Shown: piece by piece, positions 18,001 to 28,409 of the stretch
Layout of the letters: each line of letters begins with the position of its first letter
Position numbering within the stretch: the first letter of the stretch is position 1
Made by a program: the position numbers and the translations under genes
Assembly: GCA_964016885.1 (NCBI GenBank)
Contig: CAXHJY010001477.1
Location: forward strand, 496,001-560,000
Direction of reading: 5' to 3'
Source: Eledone cirrhosa
Lineage: Eukaryota
Length of the DNA stretch: 64,000 nucleotides
The notes under the pieces: model-generated
The model's input: the letters and a program-made list of their open reading frames with translations, nothing else
What the model was told of the DNA's origin: nothing
Database searches by the model: none

Positions 18001-21000
18001 ATATACACACAAGTATAGACATACATGTGAATATATATATACACACAAGTATAGACATACATGTGAATATATATATATACACAAGTATAGACATACATGT
18101 GAATATATATATATACACACAAGTATAGACATACATGTGAATATATATACACACATAAGTATAGACATACATGTGAGTATATATATACACTCAAGTATAG
18201 ACATACATGTGAATATATATATATACACACACAAGTATAGACATACATGTGAATATATATATATACACACAAGTATAGACATACATGTGAATATATATAT
18301 ACACACAAGTATAGAGATACATGTGAATATATATATATATACACACAAGTATAGACATACATGTGAATCTATATATACACACAAGTATAGACATACAAGT
18401 GAATACATATACACACACAAGTATAGAAATACATGTGAATATATATATATACACACAAGTATAGACATATATTTGAATATATATATATACACACAAGTAT
18501 AGACATACATGCGAATATATATATACACACACAAGTATAGACATACATGTGAATATATATATATATACACACACAAGTATAGACATACATGTGAATATAT
18601 ATATACACACACAAGTATAGACATACATGTGAATATATATATATACACACAAGTATAGACATACATGTGAGTATATATATATATACACACAAGTATACAC
18701 ATACATGTGAATATATATATATACACACAAGTATAGACATACATGTGAATATATATATATACAAGTATAGACATACATGTGAATATATATATACACACAA
18801 GTATAGACATACATGTGAATATATATATATACACACACAAGTATAGACATACATGTGAATATATATACACACACAAGTATAGACATACATGTGAATATAT
18901 ATATATATATACACACAAGTATAGACATACATGTGAATATATATATATACACACACAAGTATAGACATACATGTGAATATATATATACACACAAGTATAG
19001 ACATACATGTGAATATATATATACACACACAAGTATAGACATACATGTGAATATATATATACACACAAGTATAGACATACATGTGAATATATATATATAT
19101 ATATACACACAAGTATAGACATATATGTGAATCTATATATACACACAAGTATAGACATACATGTGAATATATATACACACACAAGTATACACATACATGT
19201 GAATATATATATACACAAGTATAGGCATACATGTGAATATATATATATATACACACAAGTATAGACATACAAGTGAATATATATATATATATACACACAA
19301 GTATAGACATACATGTGAATATATATATATACACACACAAGTATAGACATACATGTGAATATATATATACACACACAAGTATAGACATACATGTGAATAT
19401 ATATATATATATACACAAGTATAGACATACATGTGAATATATATATACACACAAGTATAGACATACATGTGAATATATATATATACACACACAAGTATAG
19501 ACATACATGTGAATATATATATATACACAAGTATAGACATACATGTGATTATATATATACACACACAAGTATAGACATACATGTGAATATATATATATAC
19601 ACACACACAAGTATAGACATACATGTGAATATATATATATACACACAAGTATAGACATACATTTGAATATATATATATACACACACAAGTATAGACATAC
19701 ATGTGAATATATATACACACACAAGTATAGACATACATTTGAATATATATATATATACACACAAGTATAGACATACATGTGATTATATACACACACACAA
19801 GTATAGACATACATGTGAATATATATATATATATACACACAAGTATAGACATACATGTGAATATATATATACACACACAAGTATAGACATACATTTGAAT
19901 ATATATATATACACACAAGTATAGACATACATGTGAATATAAATATACGCACAAGTATAGACATACATGTGAATATATATATATATATACACAAGTATAG
20001 ATATACATGTGAATATATATATATACAAGTATAGACATACATGTGAATATATATATATATAAGTATAGACATACATGTGAATATATATATATATACACAC
20101 ACAAGTATAGACATACATGTGAATATATATATATATACACAAAAGTATAGACATACATGTTAATATATATATATATATACACACAAGTAAAGACATACAT
20201 GTGAATATATATATATACAAGTATAGACATACATGTGAATATATATATATATACACACACAAGTATACACATACATGTGAATATATATATATACACACAC
20301 AAGTATAGACATACATGTGAATATATATATACACACACAAGTATAGACATACATGTGAATATATATATACACACAAGTATAGACATACATGTGAATATAT
20401 ATATACACACAAGTATAGACATACATGTGAATATATATATATACACACACAAGTATAGACATACATGTGAATATATATATACACACACAAGTATAGACAT
20501 ACATGTGAATATATATATATACACACACAAGTATAGACATACATGTGAATATATATATATATACACACAAGTATAGACATACATGTGAATATATATATAT
20601 ATATATATATACACACAAGTATAGACATACATGTGAATATATATATATATATACACACACAAGTATAGACATACATGTGAATATATATATACACACAAGT
20701 ATAGACATACATGTGAAAATATATATATATATATACACACAAGTATAGACATACATGTGAATATATATATATATATACACACACATGTATAGACATACAT
20801 GTGAATATATATATACACACAAGTATAGACATACATGTGAATATATATATATATACACACACAAGTATAGACATACATGTGAATATATATATACACACAA
20901 GTATAGACATACATGTGAATATATATATATATATACACACAAGTATAGAGATACATGTGAATATATATATATATACACACACAAGTATAGACATACAAGT

Positions 21001-24000
21001 GAATATATATATATATATACACACAAGTATAGACATACATGTGAAAATATATATATATACACACACAAGTATAGACATACAAGTGAATATATATATATAC
21101 ACACAAGTATAGACATACATGTGAAAATATATATACACACACAAGTATAGACATACAAGTGAATATATATATATATATACACACAAGTATAGACATACAT
21201 GTGAAAATATATATATATACACACACAAGTATAGACATACAAGTGAATATATATATATACACACAAGTATAGACATACATGTGAAAATATATATACACAC
21301 ACAAGTATAGACATACATGTGAATATATATATATATACACACAAGTATAGACATACATGTGATTATATACACAGACACAAGTATAGACATACATGTGAAT
21401 ATATATATATATACACACAAGTATAGACATACATGTGAATATATATATATATACACACAAGTATAGACATACATGTGAATATATATATACACACACAAGT
21501 ATAGAAATACATTTGAATATATATATATACACACAAGTATAGACATACATGTGAATATAAATATACACACAAGTATAGACATACATGTGAATATATATAT
21601 ATATACACACAAGTATAGATATACATGTGAATATATATATATACAAGTATAGACATACATGTGAATATATATATATATAAGTATAGACATACATGTGAAT
21701 ATATATATATATACACACACAAGTATAGACATACATGTGAATATATATATATATACACAAAAGTATAGACATACATGTGAATATATATATATATATACAC
21801 ACAAGTATAGACATACATGTGAATATATATATATACAAGTATAGACATACATGTGAATATATATATACACACACAAGTATAGACATACATGTGAATATAT
21901 ATATACACACACAAGTATAGACATACATGTGAATATATATATACACACAAGTATAGACATACATGTGAATATATATATACACACAAGTATAGACATACAT
22001 GTGAATATATATATATACACACACAAGTATAGACATACATGTGAATATATATATACACACACAAGTATAGACATACATGTGAATATATATATACACACAC
22101 AAGTACAGACATACATGTGAATATATATATATATACACACAAGTATAGACATACATGTGAATATATATATATATATACACACAAGTATAGACATACATGT
22201 GAATATATATATATATATATACACACACAAGTATAGACATACATGTGAATATATATATACACACAAGTATAGACATACATGTGAAAATATATATATATAT
22301 ATATACACACAAGTATAGACATACATGTGAATATATATATATATATACACACACAAGTATAGACATACATGTGAATATATATATACACACAAGTATAGAC
22401 ATACATGTGAATATATATATATATACACACAAGTATAGACATACATGTGAATATATATATACACACAAGTATAGACATACATGTGAATATATATATATAT
22501 ATACACACAAGTATAGACATACATGTGAATATATATATATATACACACACAAGTATAGACATACAAGTGAATATATATATATATATACACACAAGTATAG
22601 ACATACATGTGAAAATATATATATATACACACACAAGTATAGACATACAAGTGAATATATATATATACACACAAGTATAGACATACATGTGAAAATATAT
22701 ATACACACACAAGTATAGACATACAAGTGAATATATATATATATATACACACAAGTATAGACATACATGTGAATATATATATACACACACAAGTATAGAC
22801 ATACATGAGAATATATATATATATACACACAAGTATAGACATACATGTGAATATATATATATATACACACAAGTATAGACATACATGTGATTATATACAC
22901 ACACACAAGTATAGACATACATGTGAATATATATATATATACACACAAGTATAGACATACATGTGAATATATATATACACACACAAGTATAGACATACAT
23001 TTGAATATATATATATACACACAAGTATAGACATACATGTGAATATAAATATACACACAAGTATAGACATACATGTGAATATATATATATATACACACAA
23101 GTATAGACATACAAGTGAATATATATATATACACACAAGTATAGACATACATGTGAAAATATATATACACACACAAGTATAGACATACATGTGAATATAT
23201 ATATATATACACACAAGTATAGACATACATGTGATTATATACACACACACAAGTATAGACATACATGTGAATATATATATATATACACACAAGTATAGAC
23301 ATACATGTGAATATATATATACACACACAAGTATAGACATACATGTGAATATATATATACACACAAGTATAGACATACATGTGAATATATATATATATAT
23401 ACACACACAAGTATAGACATACATGTGAATATATATATACACACAAGTATAGACATACATGTGAATATATATATATACACACACAAGTATAGACATACAT
23501 GTGAATATATATATATATATACACACAAGTATAGATATACATGTGAATATATATATATATACACACACAAGTATAGACATACAAGTGAATATATATATAT
23601 ATATACACACAAGTATAGACATACATGTGAAAATATATATATATACACACACAAGTATAGACATACAAGTGAATATATATATATACACACAAGTATAGAG
23701 ATACATGTGAAAATATATATAGACACACAAGTATAGACATACATGTGAATATATATATATATATACACACAAGTATAGACATACATGTGAATATATATAT
23801 ACACACACAAGTATAGACATACATGTGAATATATATATACACACACAAGTATAGACATACATGTGAAAATATATATACACACACAAGTATAGACATACAT
23901 GTGAATATATATATACACACACAAGTATAGACATACATGTGAATATATATATATACACAAGTATAGACATACATGTGAATATATATATACACACACAAGT

Positions 24001-24162
24001 ATAGACATACATGTGAATATATATATACACACAAGTATAGACATACATGTGAATATATATATACACACACAAGTATAGACATACATGTGAATATATATAT
24101 ACACACAAGTATAGACATACATGTGAATATATACACACACACAAGTATAGACATACATGTGA
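1..24162. repeat. Giant compound satellite; unit AGTATAGACATACATGTGAA(TA)n(CA)m, mostly ~36-44 bp, roughly 600 units, continuing beyond the window start
   Basis: Continuous visible repetition of the core with dinucleotide-length-variable spacers. It ends abruptly at ...acatacatgtga|gggagtct (~24162). Identical ORF translations recur at fixed offsets (312, 556, 3673, 5063, 8097, 16325 bp). Confidence 0.99.
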
Positions 24163-24256
24163 GGGAGTCTAACTAATACCTGTGTTGCTCAATGAATGGA
24201 TTAATAAGAATCAATCAGTCAGAGCATAATAAAAATCATATTTGGGAAAAGCAAAC

Positions 24257-24311
24257 AAGAGAGAGAGGGAGAGAGATAGAGAAAGAGGGGGAGAGAGAGA
24301 GAACAAGAGAG
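24257..24311. repeat. Imperfect (GA)n / purine-rich microsatellite
   Basis: gagagagggagagagatagagaaagagggggagagagaga run. Confidence 0.85.
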
Positions 24312-24399
24312 GATCGCCAACTAATTGAGCTGATTAGCTGATTAGCTTAATATTCAGAAGCAATAAAGTTGTAAGGAGTGTTTGACGGAAAATTGTGAT

Positions 24400-24585
24400 G
24401 AATACACACACACATACACATGCACAATATACACATACATATATATAGATATATATATACACACATACACAATAAACACATACATACATATATATATATA
24501 TACTTCCATGTACAATAAACACATACATATATATATGTATATATATATATACTTACATGCACAATGAACACTTACATATATATAT
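24400..24585. repeat. Degenerate AT-rich minisatellite, core CTTACATGCACAATAAACAC plus (TA)n; resumes at ~25040-25125 and ~27540-27579
   Basis: The tgcacaataaacac motif recurs with (TA)n/(CA)n spacers on both sides of the inserted LINE fragments. Confidence 0.75.
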
Positions 24586-25037
24586 CATCATCATCATCAT
24601 CATCACCGTTTTACGTCCGTTCTTCCACGCTAGCATGGGTTAGACGGGTTGTCCTGTTGTGGGCAGTGTCTGGTCGGCTGACCATGCCTTGCTCATACAG
24701 GAACTGATCTGGCTTGATTTCTACAGCTGGATGCCCTTCCTAACACCAACCTCATTTACAGTGAGTGCTGGGTGCTTTTTCGTGGCGCCTACACGTCCAC
24801 TTTACAGTGTGGGCTGGGTGCTTTTTTGCCGTGGCACCTCCACGGCCACCTTGCGGTGGAGGGGGGGGGGGGCATATTGTTTATATGCTTCAACATGTAC
24901 CCATGGGAGGTCGGGTACCCTGTATTACTGCGTGACGCCAGAAGTCACGGTCGTGTGTCATTGACTTTGAGAGGTGTAGTTGGGTAAGGTCGGCTTTTAT
25001 CACCTCATCCCAAGTCATCTTGGGTCTCCCCACTCCG
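24585..25037 (-). mobile_element. 5'-truncated RTE-clade LINE 3' end (subfamily B)
   Basis: Minus-strand GRPKMTWDEVIKADLTQLHLSKSMTHDRDFWRHAV C-terminus, 3' UTR and (GAT)n tail. Same subfamily as 45892-46981. Confidence 0.9.
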
Positions 25038-25125
25038 CATATATATATATGCACAATAAATACATACATACATATATATATATACTTACATGCACAATAA
25101 ACACGTACATATATATATATATATA

Positions 25126-26280
25126 TGATCTTTTTAACTGGTTGAAGTCCTTCATTCTCAGTTGAAGAGAGGTAGTCACGGTTCTGGGACAGCATTCCTC
25201 ACCATATGAGATGTCATCTGGTGTACCACAGGGATCTGTTCTTGGCCCCCTTTTGTTTGTGGCATATATTAATGACATAGATGCCAACTTAAGGAATGCC
25301 ACAATACTGAAATATGCAGATGACATCAAGCTGTACCTTGAGATAAAAAGGACAGATCCTGAACACTATAGATCTTACTTGCAGTCTGACCTGGACACAA
25401 TGCAACAATGGATCTCAGACTGGCAACTCAAGCTAGCTGTGGACAAGTGCACCACCATGCATTTTGGGAGTAAAAACCCAGCGTCCACATACTCCCTCCA
25501 CAGCACTAATATCAAGAAGTCTTCCTGTGAACGTGACCTGGGCATTACGGTCAGCAGCGATTTGCGTTGGACGAAGCACGTCTCTAAAATTGTCAAGAGG
25601 GCCGAGGGTGTCTTAGCATCACTCAGCAAGACCTTTGTCAGCCGCTCCCCAGCTATCTATTTAAGGCTGTACATGGCTATGGTGCGGCCACACTTAGAAT
25701 TTGCAACATCAGTCTGGAACCCCTATCTTGCTCAGGACATTGACCACCTGGAAACTGTTCAGAGACGTGCAACCAAGCGAATACCCTCCATCAGGCATCT
25801 ACCATACTTTGAACGCCTTGCTTCCCTGGGCATGGATACATTGAAGCTCCGACGCCTGGCAACTGACTTGGTAAACACCCACAAAATTATTAACCATCTC
25901 GCCAACAACAACCCTCAGTACCTTTTTGATTTCCATGTGTCTAACACACTTGGACATGACCACAAAGTCAGAAAACAGTACAGTTCCCATGACTTTCGGA
26001 AACATTTTTTCATACTTAGAGTTGCTGAAGCATGGAACAAACTACCTGCATCAGTTGTCAGTTGTCGAGACACTTAAAGACCTTTAAAGCCTCCATGCTT
26101 CCCAAGAGCCGCCAACACTATAGCTAATGTTCCCCCTCCATACACATACACACATGTATATCATGACTCATACACTAGTCACTTCCCTGACATTTATGTA
26201 TTATTCTATATACTATACATACCCCTTTGACGAGTTGTAGTGCACCTGAGTACTTTACACAATAATTTCATTATTATTAT
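25126..26280 (+). mobile_element. 5'-truncated CR1-clade LINE (RT C-terminal half plus 3' UTR, (ATT)n tail)
   Basis: ORF 25211-26077 contains SGVPQGSVLGPLLF, KYADD, ERDLG, VRPHLE, QRRATK and FFILRVAEAWNKLP, typical CR1/L2-group ORF2 motifs. Confidence 0.95.
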
Positions 26281-26289
26281 ATATATATA

Positions 26290-27465
26290 TCATCATCATC
26301 ATCAACGTTTAACGTCCGTGTTCCACGCTTGCATGGGTTTGGACGGGGGTTTTCCCACTTGAGGCAAGAGTGATTATCTTGCTCGCATAGGACTATCTGG
26401 CAGGTTTTCTACAGTTGGATGCCCTTCCTAACACCAACCACATTTACAGTGTGGAGCTGGGAGGTTTTTACCGTGTTGCCTACACGGCCACATTACAGCG
26501 TGGACTGTCTGGCGGGTTTTCTACAGCTGGATGCCCTTCCTAACACCAACCACATTTACAGTGTGGAGCTGGGAGGTTTTTACCGTGTTGCCTACACGGC
26601 CACATTACAGCGTGAACTGTGTGTTTTTTTGTCGTGACACCTACACGATCTCATTTGTTTCGGCCTGGATGTTGTGGCACCAACATAACTTTACATTGAA
26701 AGGGGCGGTGTGGATGGGGTGGGGGTATTTTGTTAGAGATGCCTACTGGCTGTAGTAGGTTTTACTTTGTATTTAGGTAAGGCGGGTCTTCTCTATTACT
26801 GAGTACCGCCAAAGGTCTCGGTCCAGTGACATTGTCTTGGTGAGGTGTAAGTGTGTGAGGTCGGAATTTATCAGCTCGTCCCAGGTTTTTCTGGGTCTGC
26901 CTATTCCGTGGCTACCGTCTATCTTTATTGCCCTGCACTTTGTTATACAGCTATCGTCTTTCATGCGCATCACGTGACCATACCAACGTAGCCTTCTCTC
27001 GAGTAAACAACATCTGATACCTCTTATTTCTAATTTTTTCCTCAGTTCGTTTATGCTTTGCCGTTCATGTATATTACTATTACACATACAGCGGAGCATG
27101 CAAGCTTCGTTTCTCTCTAGTCTGCGTATATCCTCTGCACACAATGCCCAGGTCTCACTGCCATGCAACATTGCTGTTCGTATGCAGGCATCATACAACC
27201 TGCCTTTCATTTTTAGGGAGAACCCTTTAGCGGCTAATAGTGGTATAAGCTCTCTGAACTTTTTCCATCCAGTTCTGACTCTAGCTACTGTACTTTCAGA
27301 GCACCCTCCCCCACTGCTGATTTTGTCACCCAGGTAACGGAAGCTGTCCACTATTTCTATAGAACCCTCTGCGCAGTTGAAAGAGTTAGTTTTTATGGGC
27401 ACTTGCTGCTACTTATTGCACCAGAGCACCGGCCACATGTAAAATCTATGTTCTTAGTTAGCTTA
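26290..27465 (-). mobile_element. 5'-truncated RTE LINE (subfamily A) with a 112-bp tandem duplication in its 3' UTR
   Basis: ORF 26773-27402 has FRYLGD, RTAMLHGSETW, RLRWYGHV and GRPRKTW. (GAT)n tail at ~26290. UTR duplication offset 112 (26419 vs 26531). Confidence 0.95.
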
Positions 27466-27579
27466 TATATATATATATATAGCTTAGTTAGCTTATATAT
27501 ATATATATATATTATATATATACATACGTATACATATTATATATATATATATATATACTTACATGCACAATAAACAAAT

Positions 27580-28205
27580 AAAACAAATCTCTTGTATTTC
27601 TGTCATGCTTGTAAAAATACAGAAGTTTTTGACGTATATTTACTAAACAAATCTTGTATTTTTGTTCGTTAATACGGGGTTCTCACTTAAACCTACTCTT
27701 CTCATATACAAATATTTTAAATATATTTGTTACTTCAAACTCTTAACAATATTTCAAATATATGTTACTATTTCAAACTCTTAATTCCCGCTCCTTAATA
27801 TCTTCTTCCCCTCCACCACACTCTACAACATGCGGTCAAATCACCACCACCACCCACCCCTCTCTCTCTCTCTACCCAACCCAGATACATATATAAGACA
27901 AAGTAATTCACTTTCGCCAAACTTGTGGCTGTAACTTCATTCATTCATGGTTATAATGTAATGTACTCATTTTTCCACCTCTTCTAACATACGCCTAACT
28001 CCATAGTCAGTCCTTCCAACAGCATTTTTAGTCCTTCCAATAGCATTTTTTCTATCCTCTTTCCATTCCCCATGTATTTTCCAAAACAAATCTCTTGTAT
28101 TTCTGTCATGCTTGTAAAAATATGGAAGTTTTTGACGTATATTTACTAAACAAATCTTGTATTTTTGTTCGTTAATACGGGGTTCTCACTTAAACCTATC
28201 TTCTC
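27580..28205. repeat. Pair of ~124-bp direct repeats (27580-27703 and 28083-28205) with a ~380-bp spacer
   Basis: aaaacaaatctcttgtatttctgtcatgcttgtaaaaata...ggggttctcacttaaaccta is present twice, 503 bp apart, with few mismatches. Confidence 0.9.
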
Positions 28206-28409
28206 GCTAACAACTCAACACCCCTCCCTCCCGCCCCCACACACCACCATTATTATTACGTGGACCAATCATAAGCCAGAGGCCTATACTATCGCTTACC
28301 TGGTTGCCTTCGATATGTAGGATGGAAGGACTACGGAGTTCCGGAGAGTTGAAGAAAGAAAAATCTGGACGCTCAGCGACAGTGCCAAAGTTAAAGACAA
28401 TCACACCTC

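Noticed and set aside
130-24158. Very long minus-strand ORFs (up to 1904 aa) of CVYIYI/HMYVYT/FTCMSILV repeats
   Set aside because: The canonical unit has no stop codon in any minus-strand frame, so all three frames are open. The ORFs overlap, switch frame with 2-nt slippage and resemble no protein family, so they are repeat artefacts.
1-24162. CRISPR-like look (constant repeat plus variable spacer)
   Set aside because: The spacers are only (TA)n(CA)m, not unique sequence. There are no cas genes and the context is eukaryotic.
28286-28310. U1/U2 snRNA-like start (atcgcttacctgg)
   Set aside because: Only a short match with no downstream snRNA body or Sm site. It is better explained as the complement of a splice-donor-like sequence.
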